From the NCBI GenBank assembly GCA_016182555.1, contig JACPGJ010000008.1:386555-450554 (forward strand): a DNA stretch of 64,000 bases, read 5' to 3'. The stretch comes from Candidatus Kerfeldbacteria bacterium. GTDB taxonomy: Bacteria; Patescibacteriota; Patescibacteriia; UBA9570; XYC2-FULL-38-9. The notes beneath the pieces are model-generated. The model was not told the DNA's origin. It did no database searches and worked only from the letters and a program-made list of their open reading frames with translations. Positions within the stretch are counted from its first letter, which is position 1. Each line of letters opens with the position of its first letter. Below, piece by piece: positions 27,222 to 36,772 of this stretch. A program made the position numbers and the translations under genes.

Positions 27222-28763
27222 TTAATGTAAACGGCGAGTTTCAAAATGTAATTTTCCCCCATGTACTGCTTGAAGATACAAAAATGATTTTTCTACTGAT
27301 TTAAATTGTTCCTCTACCGATATTATTTCTGTTCCTACATCAATTGGCTGTGCTAAAAAAAATAATTTTTTTTGTATAGTTGAATCTTTCCCCCGTCCTA
27401 CCTGCACATTGATTTCAAATTGATTATAGTCCGCAGAAATTGATCGAGCAGTATCAGCATTACAAATGAGATAACGACCATATAATGTTCTCTCAACATC
27501 TCGCATAATAAATTCATGCTCTAATTTCATAAATCCAGATCGACCTTCTATTGCGTTCACTTGATCAATAAGCTGTATAAAATGCTGATTACGTTCTTCA
27601 CTAGGAATATTAGTGTTTACATTTTCAAAATATGCTGAAGTGACTACCTGCTCAAGTAAACCATTGTCAAATAAACGATCTAACTCTTTACGTTCATCTA
27701 CATAAGAAGTTGAACCTTTGTAAGCATTTTCTTGTTGATCGTCATCATAACCAGATAAACGAACGGCGAGCCATTCTGTAATGGCTTCGTTCAACCAGTT
27801 AAACTTCATCTCCCATGAATCATATTTTTTTACTACAACACCGCTTTTACGAGATAAAAGGTCATGAACTGAAGATAGAGGATTATCTTGTTTCGTGTAT
27901 ATGTTAATTGATTTGCCTGCAATTTCATGAAGTAATTCATGAAAAATTGTTTTTCTCAAACGTGTCAATAATTTTGGCTGTAGTTGCTCATTGCTTACAG
28001 TAATTTTACCAGTATCAGAATGATCCCCTAATTTCGAAGATAATATATCTTCCATTTTATCTTGCAAGCATACTGTAACATCATCTATACGTGATAATGC
28101 ATTTTCAGCTTCTTGCGGTAACCAGCCATTTGTTACTGCTTCTTTTACTGCTTGCTTAAATTCTTGCTTTGTTTGCTGAACAAATTGTTCTAATTGTTCT
28201 TCCTGTTGTTGAACATGTTCTGAATGCTGTTTTGCGACTGCAAATAACAAATCGTCTGAAATGGAACCATCAGCAATTTTTCCATATAAGTTAGATGCTG
28301 TAAATTGAGAAAAATCATTACCAAAATGCTTTTGTAATTCTGCACGTATCCCGCTTGCACCAAACATCTGTTGTATTTCACTCATAACAAAGCCTCTTGC
28401 TCTTTCAAATTTATCATATATGAATAATTGCTCTAAATTTTGGACCATCCGTAGAAAAGGTGCACGGATGAATTCACTCATTTCTTTTTTCAATTGCTCA
28501 ATCAATTTAGTATTATGAGATATTCTACTTTGAATTGATTCCGTGCTGAGATTAGAATGACCGACTGAATCTAATTCTTGCTGTAATTCGTTGTTTTGTT
28601 GCTGCACATGCTCAATATCTTGCTTGTTACGTTCATAGATCTGCATGCCAACTCGTGCAAATACACGACTACTAGCAAAGCGACGGCTATTTTTGCGCTC
28701 TTTTATATATACGGCGTCACTCTCCGGTACCTGTGTACGAATTGACCAATTTTCATGTTGCAT
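27222..28763 (-). CDS. Hypothetical 513-aa cytoplasmic protein with coiled-coil N-terminus and HExxH motif (HELLHEIAG)
   Basis: Gln/Glu-rich coiled-coil segments. Single HExxH zinc-peptidase-like motif. No recognized family. Confidence 0.35.
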   Translation of the reverse strand: MQHENWSIRTQVPESDAVYIKERKNSRRFASSRVFARVGMQIYERNKQDIEHVQQQNNELQQELDSVGHSNLSTESIQSRISHNTKLIEQLKKEMSEFIRAPFLRMVQNLEQLFIYDKFERARGFVMSEIQQMFGASGIRAELQKHFGNDFSQFTASNLYGKIADGSISDDLLFAVAKQHSEHVQQQEEQLEQFVQQTKQEFKQAVKEAVTNGWLPQEAENALSRIDDVTVCLQDKMEDILSSKLGDHSDTGKITVSNEQLQPKLLTRLRKTIFHELLHEIAGKSINIYTKQDNPLSSVHDLLSRKSGVVVKKYDSWEMKFNWLNEAITEWLAVRLSGYDDDQQENAYKGSTSYVDERKELDRLFDNGLLEQVVTSAYFENVNTNIPSEERNQHFIQLIDQVNAIEGRSGFMKLEHEFIMRDVERTLYGRYLICNADTARSISADYNQFEINVQVGRGKDSTIQKKLFFLAQPIDVGTEIISVEEQFKSVEKSFLYLQAVHGGKLHFETRRLH

Positions 28764-28963
28764 ATGAATTATTTAGCAATAAAGAAAAATCGAGTATCAT
28801 GTATTGGCATATTTTGAATACCATTTCTGAATAACCTGCTTGGCTGACTACTGACGATGAAATTCGAACATATTATACCCAAAATTCGCATGAAACGAAA
28901 TAGGTTTGCTTAAAAAAAGAAATACTATCGCTATTGATAAATGAATGAATTCTATGTACACAA

Positions 28964-29701
28964 TTATTCACTCTTCTGTTCTTCTTTTAGTTTCGCAAAT
29001 TCTTCATTAAGAACACGTATAGCATAAGCATACTCTTTATCACTCATTTTGTCGGCTCCCAAAAACGGATTTTTTTTGAGCTTCTTTATAGATTGCTCTA
29101 TTTTTAATACGAACTGAACTATAGTTTGTTTGACTAATTTCTCTATTTCAGAACGAGACACCGATTGTATATCTTCTTCTGATATTTCTGATTCGTCCGC
29201 ATGAAATGCTACATATAATTGTTTTTCCAACGTATCAAGTTCTGGATAACTACGGGGTTCTCTGTAATATTCTATAGACCTTGCGCATACAGAAAGCCTT
29301 CCATTAATTGTCGCCATAAAACTATTACGTAAATCGTGTATATTCATAGCAGGAGGTGCAGCGACAGTGAAGCGCAGGCGTAATAATTTCTGCTCCTTCA
29401 TTTCATCACTTAATGATGGGTCATTTTCTATTGCCTGACGCTTATCTACTAAGACTTTTGTAAAGTCTGTTTCATCTGCAATCCTTTCTAATGCATTTGA
29501 AATAGCCTCATCATATAATCTTGTTTCCGCTGCACATTGTTGAATAACTTTCACCTGTGTTTCTAAATCACTACTAACCGCTTGTGTAAGCTTTTGCACA
29601 ACAACAGTAAGTGAACCCTCAAACGGAAGTTCATAGACTCTCTCACGTTCCTGCTCCGCTGTTCTTTTTGGACCATCTAACCCCATTCTGTTTTCTCCCA
29701 T
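28964..29701 (-). CDS. Hypothetical 245-aa coiled-coil protein
   Basis: Same strand and tight spacing with flanking genes. Charged, helical composition. Confidence 0.3.
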   Translation of the reverse strand: MGENRMGLDGPKRTAEQERERVYELPFEGSLTVVVQKLTQAVSSDLETQVKVIQQCAAETRLYDEAISNALERIADETDFTKVLVDKRQAIENDPSLSDEMKEQKLLRLRFTVAAPPAMNIHDLRNSFMATINGRLSVCARSIEYYREPRSYPELDTLEKQLYVAFHADESEISEEDIQSVSRSEIEKLVKQTIVQFVLKIEQSIKKLKKNPFLGADKMSDKEYAYAIRVLNEEFAKLKEEQKSE

Positions 29702-29728
29702 AAATATATCGTTAAGAATCTTTATAAT

Positions 29729-30892
29729 TTATTTCGCTTGAATAACAGTTACATTATGTTCATTATCAAAATCATGCTCCATAGGTCTGAGCAATGGATG
29801 TTGTTCAGCTAAATCTATAAACTTATCTTTTAGTTCAGCTAACTCACTTACCCTATAGCGCAAGGATGAAGAAAAAATAGCGTATCCTCCTGGCTTTACC
29901 AGAGATAACGCATTAAACAACGCTTCTCCATATACACTGTCTACTTCTGTGACAAATGTCATAGTGGAAATAACGGCATCATATTGTTGATTTCTAATGT
30001 TCTCAGGCACTGTATGCATATCAGAAATATCTCCTCTATGCACGATAGAATCATCCGGATCATTTGGAAATTGTATATCCAACCCAAATACTTCTGCACC
30101 AAATTCTTGAAGGGACTTCACGAACCTTCCTTGTCTTCCACATCCAATATCTAAAATGCGCATGCCTTGTAACACTTGTCTTTCTTTTAATTCATTTATG
30201 TTGGTTTTTTCGTAGCTTTCTCTTTGAGTTTTTAAAACTGTAGATAACACTTCTGTATTTTCCGGTCTTTCTAGGGCATATCCTAACAACATACCCATAG
30301 TGTATCCTAAATACTTAGAACCTTCTGTCCTCGTATCATAAAAACCGGAGGATATTAACCATTTACTCCGTAAATAATGATGAGCTCTATGTATCAAGCC
30401 AGATCGCATCCGTTGTTTTATTTTTGCATCATCCATGAATTCATAAAATGCTTCAGGGTGGGCAATGAAATTACGAATGTCGTTTAAACTATAGAGTTGA
30501 ATATCGTTACTATAATGTTTGACCGGAATATGCCCAACACATTTACTCTCTACACTATATTTTTTACTTTTATTAACGGTTACCCAAGCACCGTTTTCAT
30601 TTACATAACGTACACTGTATCCAGTGTATAGTTCGCTTTCCGGTAATGGTTCAACCGAGAATGAGATATCTGGAAACGCCACTTGTAGTGCTTCAATTAT
30701 TTGATCTGAGGAAAGATATTCAGGATTCAAATACCATGGTCTTTCCGGATTATAACGCTTGGGAAAAAGCTTTTGCCATTCTTCTGTAATACGCTGAGCA
30801 GTTGATTCATGCTCTATATTTTGATTTGGGGTACCAAATTTTTCCTCCCTCATAGGTATATTATTAATGATTGAGCTCTCTTTGGCAACCAT
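29729..30892 (-). CDS. Two-domain protein: N-terminal unknown domain + C-terminal class I SAM-dependent methyltransferase
   Basis: MTase motif I ILDIGCGRQGRFVKSL, acidic post-I FGLDIQ, motif IV-like LVKPGGYAIFSS. Confidence 0.5.
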   Translation of the reverse strand: MVAKESSIINNIPMREEKFGTPNQNIEHESTAQRITEEWQKLFPKRYNPERPWYLNPEYLSSDQIIEALQVAFPDISFSVEPLPESELYTGYSVRYVNENGAWVTVNKSKKYSVESKCVGHIPVKHYSNDIQLYSLNDIRNFIAHPEAFYEFMDDAKIKQRMRSGLIHRAHHYLRSKWLISSGFYDTRTEGSKYLGYTMGMLLGYALERPENTEVLSTVLKTQRESYEKTNINELKERQVLQGMRILDIGCGRQGRFVKSLQEFGAEVFGLDIQFPNDPDDSIVHRGDISDMHTVPENIRNQQYDAVISTMTFVTEVDSVYGEALFNALSLVKPGGYAIFSSSLRYRVSELAELKDKFIDLAEQHPLLRPMEHDFDNEHNVTVIQAK

Positions 30893-31042
30893 GTGTCGTG
30901 CTGCGTTCTCTTTCGCAGCACTTTGCCACGATCAAGGAACTTTATATACTATCAAATGTTTGAAATTTTTACACTTATATTTATTAACAAGGCATGAATT
31001 TAGAAAATGATCCACTTATAATAAAGAGTATTTTAAAAATAT

Positions 31043-31063
31043 AATGTCAAAAAACGTGACATT
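31043..31063. promoter_or_regulatory. Palindrome AATGTCA-N7-TGACATT upstream of TrmB paralog 2 (candidate autoregulatory operator); similar ATGTCA-N8-TGACAA at 25488-25508 before paralog 1
   Basis: Perfect 7-bp inverted arms 25 nt before the ATG. Both loci also carry an extra TATGACA half-site. Confidence 0.35.
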
Positions 31064-31087
31064 ATTAAAATTCTATGACATAATAGC

Positions 31088-31855
31088 ATGATGAATATCC
31101 AACAATCCCTGCAAGAATTTGGAATGACTGAACGTGAAGCTACAATCTACACAACACTTCTCCAAATAGGTGAAGGCAGTATTTTGGATATAGCAAAAAA
31201 TTCCAGCTTAAAGCGACCAACTATTTATACTGCCATGGAAGCCTTGGAAAATAAGGGGCTAATTTATCGTGTTATGCACGGGAAACGGACAAAATTTAAA
31301 GCAGCTCCGCCGCAAATGTTGCAATTGTTTTTGAAAAAAAGGGAACAACAGTTAACCGATTTACTGCCACAGTTGGAAGTTATGAGTAACTCTTCTTCTG
31401 GGGCAAAGCCAGAAATTCGCTATTTTGAAGGAAAAGAGGCGGTGATGTCATTATATCGTGCATTATTCACACGACTGGATAAAAAAGATGAAATATATTT
31501 TATTTCTTCAATTCGTGATCTCAAAATCAACTTTGCGGAACTGATGCATTATTTTGATGCACAATCTATCAAATGGCAGTGGAAAGTTCGCGAAATTGTG
31601 CCACACACAGCAAGCTCTCTTCAATACGTTCAAGAACATGGTCGTTCAGTGAATAAAAATTCACTACATTCTGTGCGCCTATTGCCGAAGGGATTGGATC
31701 TCTTTGATATGGAAATGATAATGACTAAAAATGCCATTATTCTTATTTCCGTTCAAAAAGAGATATTTGCGCTCTCAATGCATAGTCAAGCATTTGTGGA
31801 ATCATTTCGCTCCATTTTTCAAGCAGCTTGGATGGTTTCTATTGAACCAAAATAG
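31088..31855 (+). CDS. TrmB-family transcriptional regulator (paralog of 25513-26271)
   Basis: N-terminal wHTH QEFGMTEREATIYTTLLQIGEGSILDIAKNSSLKRPTIYTAMEALENKGLI. Confidence 0.6.
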   Translation: MMNIQQSLQEFGMTEREATIYTTLLQIGEGSILDIAKNSSLKRPTIYTAMEALENKGLIYRVMHGKRTKFKAAPPQMLQLFLKKREQQLTDLLPQLEVMSNSSSGAKPEIRYFEGKEAVMSLYRALFTRLDKKDEIYFISSIRDLKINFAELMHYFDAQSIKWQWKVREIVPHTASSLQYVQEHGRSVNKNSLHSVRLLPKGLDLFDMEMIMTKNAIILISVQKEIFALSMHSQAFVESFRSIFQAAWMVSIEPK

Positions 31856-31866
31856 CAGTCTACTTT

Positions 31867-32589
31867 TTAGGCATGATGATTGTGATGCTCACAATGTTTG
31901 TTATGCTGACCTTTCTCTGTACGGATCACCTGTCCATCCTCAAACCAAATCACTGTTTTTGCAATTTCTTGTAAACGCATATCATGACTGACAATAACCA
32001 CTGAACGATTTTCTGTACAGGCTATACTACAGAGCAATTTCATCACTTCATGACCAGATGTTGAATCGAGGTTTGCTGTTGGTTCATCTGCTAAAATGAG
32101 CGTTGGATTATTGACCAGTGCCCGAGCAATAGATACACGCTGTTTTTCACCACCTGAGAGATCACGTGGAAGATTATGTAAACGACCTCCTAAGCCAAGT
32201 TTTTGTAATGCTCCTGTAGCAATCATCATGGCCTCCTTTTTACTCTTTCCTGCGGCAATCAGTGGAACGGCGGTATTTTCTTGGGCAGTGAGTGAAGCAA
32301 GTAAGTTAAACGATTGAAAGATAAAACCGAGTTCTTTTAATCGTAATTGCGCTAATTCCTGTTCATGTAAATTGCCTAACACCTTTCCATGAATTTTAAC
32401 TTTGCCTTTTGATGCTTTGAGTAATGCACCAATCATAGTAATAAGTGTAGTTTTGCCAGAACCACTGGGACCCATAATGAGCATGATATCTCCTTTTTTT
32501 ACGTTCAAAGATACATCATTCACTGCGGTGACTTGTGTATTTCCAGAACCGTATATTTTGGATAAATGTTCTATTTCTGCAACAAACAT
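31867..32589 (-). CDS. ABC transporter ATP-binding protein (MacB/LolD-like) with His-rich C-terminal tail
   Basis: Walker A GPSGSGKTT. ABC signature LSGGEKQRVSIARAL. Walker B ILADEPT. C-terminal HNKHCEHHNHHA. Start set at MFVAEIEHL, just after the upstream permease stop. Confidence 0.8.
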   Translation of the reverse strand: MFVAEIEHLSKIYGSGNTQVTAVNDVSLNVKKGDIMLIMGPSGSGKTTLITMIGALLKASKGKVKIHGKVLGNLHEQELAQLRLKELGFIFQSFNLLASLTAQENTAVPLIAAGKSKKEAMMIATGALQKLGLGGRLHNLPRDLSGGEKQRVSIARALVNNPTLILADEPTANLDSTSGHEVMKLLCSIACTENRSVVIVSHDMRLQEIAKTVIWFEDGQVIRTEKGQHNKHCEHHNHHA

Positions 32590-32602
32590 ATAGATCAAGG
32601 AA

Positions 32603-33715
32603 TTAATTTTTAAATACCTCTGCTGGATCAATGGACGCCAAACGACGAACCGGGATATAGGTTGCAATAAGCGCCATTCCAATAGTAGCGCCGAACACCC
32701 ACACAATATCGATCAGTCTAAACTCAGTCATAAAACCTGCCACAAAATAGCGTGATAATCGAGCAACAGGATATGCAAGAATTAATCCAACAACATACCC
32801 AATGATTCCTGAAACAAGGGATTGAAACATGACAATGGCGTAGAGTTGTCGGTGAGTAACACCAATTGCTTTGAGCACGCCATATTCACGTGATTTTTCT
32901 ACAGTCGCCGAATAAATCGTAACACCGATGACCGCACTTCCGATAATGAACCCGATAATGACTAATACGTAAATAATAGGTAAGAAGCTATCTTTGATCA
33001 CTTGACGAGATGTATCAACAAACTCTTGCTTTGTTAGAACTTTGACACCTGGAATATCATTGATAATGGTATTTTTAATTTTTTCCTGATCTGCTTGCGG
33101 TGCAACTTGAATAACATAAAAGTTGACTTTGTCGCCTAATTGAAATAATTCCTTTGCCTCATTGAGTGTGACAAAGGCATATTGAAAAACCATCATGTTT
33201 CCACCACTTGAGATACCTCCTATCTTCAGCTTGCGTTCAGCAATCTGTATTTCATCACCAATGTTAAGATGCTGTTTTTTTGCAAACACCTCATCAATAA
33301 TGATTTCTCCATCTTTAAGGTCTTCCCATCGTCCATCTTCCATTGTTTTGGGTTTTCCAAAACCGGTTGCGGGATCCACTGCAACAATAAATAAAGACGT
33401 GTCTTCTCCATTCAATTTCAGTAACGTTTGACGGCCAAGGTATGGGTGAACCGTATTTACTCCATCGATCTGTTTCAGTTGGTCTGATAAATTATTGGGT
33501 AGAAATGATAATGCGTGGAACATATCTCCTACTCCATCCTGTTCGACCCATAAATCAGCTGGGATACTCTTGGGATACGCCCCCATGGATTCATTCCATC
33601 CTTCGTATAATCCATTGAGTAAAATAATAAGCACTACAGCAAAAGCAACGCCTCCTATACTCATGAAGAGTTTTGTGCGCTCTTGAAGTAAATTTTTTAA
33701 AGCGATAAATAACAT
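32603..33715 (-). CDS. ABC transporter permease, FtsX/MacB-type
   Basis: N-terminal TM, large periplasmic loop, C-terminal FtsX-like 3-TM bundle (AIGVTHRQLYAIVMFQSLVSGIIG). Confidence 0.75.
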   Translation of the reverse strand: MLFIALKNLLQERTKLFMSIGGVAFAVVLIILLNGLYEGWNESMGAYPKSIPADLWVEQDGVGDMFHALSFLPNNLSDQLKQIDGVNTVHPYLGRQTLLKLNGEDTSLFIVAVDPATGFGKPKTMEDGRWEDLKDGEIIIDEVFAKKQHLNIGDEIQIAERKLKIGGISSGGNMMVFQYAFVTLNEAKELFQLGDKVNFYVIQVAPQADQEKIKNTIINDIPGVKVLTKQEFVDTSRQVIKDSFLPIIYVLVIIGFIIGSAVIGVTIYSATVEKSREYGVLKAIGVTHRQLYAIVMFQSLVSGIIGYVVGLILAYPVARLSRYFVAGFMTEFRLIDIVWVFGATIGMALIATYIPVRRLASIDPAEVFKN

Positions 33716-33728
33716 AAAAAATAGTGTA

Positions 33729-35804
33729 TTAAATTAATTGATGCTCTACTCGTTTTAACAACACTGCATTCGTGGCCACAATAATAGAGGAGCCAGACAT
33801 TAACAACGCTGAAATTTCGGGACGTAAGTACCAACCAAACGTGGTGTAGAATACACCAGCTGCTACGGGAATGGCTAATATATTATAAATCGCTGCCCAA
33901 AACAGATTTTGTTTCATTTTTCTTACTGTCGCTTTACTTAATTGAATCGCTCGAACAATATCAAAGGGGTCTGATTTCATAAGCACTACACTAGCCGTTT
34001 CTATGGCTACATCGGTACCAGCGCCAATCGCAATGCCAATATCGGCTTGAGCTAATGCGGGCGCATCATTCACGCCATCACCCACCATTGCTACAAATTT
34101 ACCTTCATGTTGTAGTTGTTTCACATGATCGGCTTTTTTAGCTGGTAAGACATTGGCAAAAATTCGTTGAATACCAAGTTTCTTACCCACAGCTTCCGCT
34201 ACCGCCTGATGATCGCCTGTAATCATAGCAGGTTCAATCCCTAGCTCTTGTAAAGCAATAATGGCTTGCTTGGCGGTGGATTTAATAGTATCCGCTGCGG
34301 CAATAATGCCAGCACACTTGTCATTAACCGCTACAATGATTACTGTTTTACCTTCTTGCCCTAACTGTTGAATTGATTCTTGGATACTCATAGTATCAAT
34401 CTTCTGCTGTCTGAATAAATCTTCTTTGCCTACTAAAATAGTTTTACCTGCGATAGTTGCTTTTAAACCATAGCCAGTAATGGATTCAAAGTGTTCTACA
34501 GTATCCTTTAAACTAATCTTACGTTGTTGTGCTTCAGTCACCACAGCTTTCGCTAAAGGATGATTTGAGCCAGCCTCAACTACTGCTGCGTATTCGAGTA
34601 CTTGCGTTTCAGAAAATGCGTTCACCGCTATTACATCCGTCACTTTAGGTTTACCCTCTGTGAGGGTACCTGTTTTATCTAGCACAATAGCTGTTATTTT
34701 AGAAACATTTTCAAGCGTGGCAGCATCTTTAATTAAGATATTATGTTTTGCACCAATCCCTGTGCCAACCGCTACTGCAGTAGGCGTGGCTAAACCCAAG
34801 GCATCCGGACAGGCAATGACCACAGCTGAAATGGCAAAGGTAAGCGCTGTAATAAAGTTCACTTCACCAAATACAAACCAACCCACAAATGTAATGACAC
34901 CCGAGCCAATAGCTAGAATCACTAGCCAGGCAGCGGCTTTGTCGGCAATGCGTTGCCCAGGGGCTTTGGAATTTTGAGCGGTTTCAACTAACTTAATGAT
35001 TTGAGCCAGTACAGTTTCTGAACCTACTTGGGCAGCGGTAAATTTTAATACCCCCGTTTGATTCACTGAACCACCAACGACTTGATCGCCTTTTTGTTTG
35101 GTGACGGGAATAGATTCACCAGTGACTAATGATTCATCGACCGCAGATTCACCTTCAATTACTGCACCATCAACAGGAATTTTATCGCCAGGTTTTACTA
35201 GAACAATATCGTTATGCTGAATGTCTTTACTATCCACCTGTAACTCTTTACCGTCTCGAATTACGATCGCTTGTGGTGGTATTAAATCAAACAACGCTCG
35301 TAATGCATCCGACGTTCCTCGCCTGGACCTCATCTCCATCCAGTGGCCAAACAACACGAATGTCACTAATAACGCTGCTGCTTCATAAAAGCTCTCCCCA
35401 CCAACCGTAAACGTAAGTAATACACTAAATAGATATGATGCTAACACACCCGTCGCAATGAGCACCGACATGTCTAATTTGCGAGCTTTGAGCGCATAAT
35501 AGGTACCGGTAATAAAAATAGACCCTGCCCAGAACACCACCGGTGTCGTTAAGATAAATAATATCCAGTTCACAGGTATCGGTGCAGGTAACACAATCTT
35601 CAGCACATTCATACCAACAGGTGAATACAAAAAGATGGGAATCGATAAAATAAAAGAAATTAAAAATCGTCGTCGCATATCGGCTTCCATCTGTTTGGCC
35701 ATGCGCGGGTCGGTCATGGCTGCAGCATGATCGTGATGACTCATGTGCTGCATGGAATTATCTGTGTGTTTCGCTGTATGTTCCAAGTGTTGATGATCCT
35801 CCAT
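33729..35804 (-). CDS. P1B-type heavy-metal ATPase with His/Met-rich N-terminus and atypical CPD transmembrane motif
   Basis: [12 protein letters not shown] (CPx variant), [18 protein letters not shown]-terminal [30 protein letters not shown] metal-binding-like stretch. No HMA domain. Confidence 0.85.
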   Translation of the reverse strand: MEDHQHLEHTAKHTDNSMQHMSHHDHAAAMTDPRMAKQMEADMRRRFLISFILSIPIFLYSPVGMNVLKIVLPAPIPVNWILFILTTPVVFWAGSIFITGTYYALKARKLDMSVLIATGVLASYLFSVLLTFTVGGESFYEAAALLVTFVLFGHWMEMRSRRGTSDALRALFDLIPPQAIVIRDGKELQVDSKDIQHNDIVLVKPGDKIPVDGAVIEGESAVDESLVTGESIPVTKQKGDQVVGGSVNQTGVLKFTAAQVGSETVLAQIIKLVETAQNSKAPGQRIADKAAAWLVILAIGSGVITFVGWFVFGEVNFITALTFAISAVVIACPDALGLATPTAVAVGTGIGAKHNILIKDAATLENVSKITAIVLDKTGTLTEGKPKVTDVIAVNAFSETQVLEYAAVVEAGSNHPLAKAVVTEAQQRKISLKDTVEHFESITGYGLKATIAGKTILVGKEDLFRQQKIDTMSIQESIQQLGQEGKTVIIVAVNDKCAGIIAAADTIKSTAKQAIIALQELGIEPAMITGDHQAVAEAVGKKLGIQRIFANVLPAKKADHVKQLQHEGKFVAMVGDGVNDAPALAQADIGIAIGAGTDVAIETASVVLMKSDPFDIVRAIQLSKATVRKMKQNLFWAAIYNILAIPVAAGVFYTTFGWYLRPEISALLMSGSSIIVATNAVLLKRVEHQLI

Positions 35805-35969
35805 ATATATTACTGATTTATCATAACATATTTACATGCAAAAAACTTCATTCAGTGCATTTGATTGTGATCACGAGCATTTGAATGATCCTTATTTTCG
35901 GCATGATGTCCGCCATGCATAAACAGGTGAAAAAATCCGATTTTTGCTTGTTTTTTCATAGGTGTGCTA

Positions 35970-36248
35970 TTATTTTTTCTTTGATAGTTTATACACATTC
36001 ATGATCTCTCCTGTTGCTTTAGCAATATTTCCACTCTTCATCTGCTGCGCAACACATCCTGAAAGATGATTTTCTAAAATAAGATCTTCCACGGAAGAAA
36101 GCGCCTGTTTAACCGCTGCTGATTGAGTCAATATATCAATACAATATGTTCCTTCTTCAAGCATGCGTTGTAATGCACGCACTTGTCCTTCAACTATTTT
36201 TAGGCGACGAATCCCTTTGGTTTTATTGTCTTTCTTCATATGTGTCAT
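35970..36248 (-). CDS. csoR: CsoR/RcnR-family metal-sensing transcriptional repressor
   Basis: DUF156 fold with metal ligands (YCIDILTQ ... ENHLSGC). Confidence 0.75.
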   Translation of the reverse strand: MTHMKKDNKTKGIRRLKIVEGQVRALQRMLEEGTYCIDILTQSAAVKQALSSVEDLILENHLSGCVAQQMKSGNIAKATGEIMNVYKLSKKK

Positions 36249-36267
36249 TATACCCCTCTAGGGTATA
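36249..36267. promoter_or_regulatory. Candidate CsoR operator TATACCC-N5-GGGTATA between csoR and the divergent Met-rich gene
   Basis: 7-bp perfect inverted arms. Same ATACCC-N5-GGGTAT architecture recurs at 42981-42997, and both resemble the B. subtilis CsoR site TACCC...GGGTA. Confidence 0.45.
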
Positions 36268-36377
36268 TAGATCAAATTATTGGAAAATTATTGTATAAAA
36301 TATTTTAACCTATTGCTATTCTGTTTTTTATGGACTATACTTTGTACATAATCAATAAAATTATTAAGGAGGAATTT

Positions 36378-36704
36378 ATGGACAACAAAATTTTAACAAC
36401 AGTAGTAATAACACTTATTGTTGCTGGACTTGGTGGGTTTTATATCGGTAGAGCAAACCAACCATTCTCAAATTCATATATGCAGGGTTCTGCTTCAATG
36501 ATGAAAGAAAACGGAACAACAATGACGCAAATGGGACAAATGATGATGGGCGGAGGAAAAATGATGAAAGAAAAGGGCACACAGTACAATGACACTGACA
36601 TGATGCAACAAGGAAAAGAATGGGAAACAAAAGGACAAATGATGAATGATAAAGGTACAGAAATGATGGGTCGAGGCAACGGCATGATGGACATGATGAA
36701 ATAA
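36378..36704 (+). CDS. Methionine-rich small secreted/membrane-anchored protein (putative Cu(I)-binding MxxM protein)
   Basis: RBS aaggagg, N-terminal TM, then many MxxM / MMxxGxxMM motifs (QMGQMMMGGGKMMKEKG...GRGNGMMDMMK). Followed by terminator. Confidence 0.5.
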   Translation: MDNKILTTVVITLIVAGLGGFYIGRANQPFSNSYMQGSASMMKENGTTMTQMGQMMMGGGKMMKEKGTQYNDTDMMQQGKEWETKGQMMNDKGTEMMGRGNGMMDMMK

Positions 36705-36724
36705 CAAACGTATCTAAATAAAAA

Positions 36725-36757
36725 TACTCCCCTGAAATTATTGGGGAGTATTTTTTT
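36725..36757 (+). terminator. Rho-independent terminator after the Met-rich gene
   Basis: Stem tactcccc / ggggagta with loop tgaaattatt, then T7. Confidence 0.55.
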
Positions 36758-36772
36758 GTATAACAGGTATAT

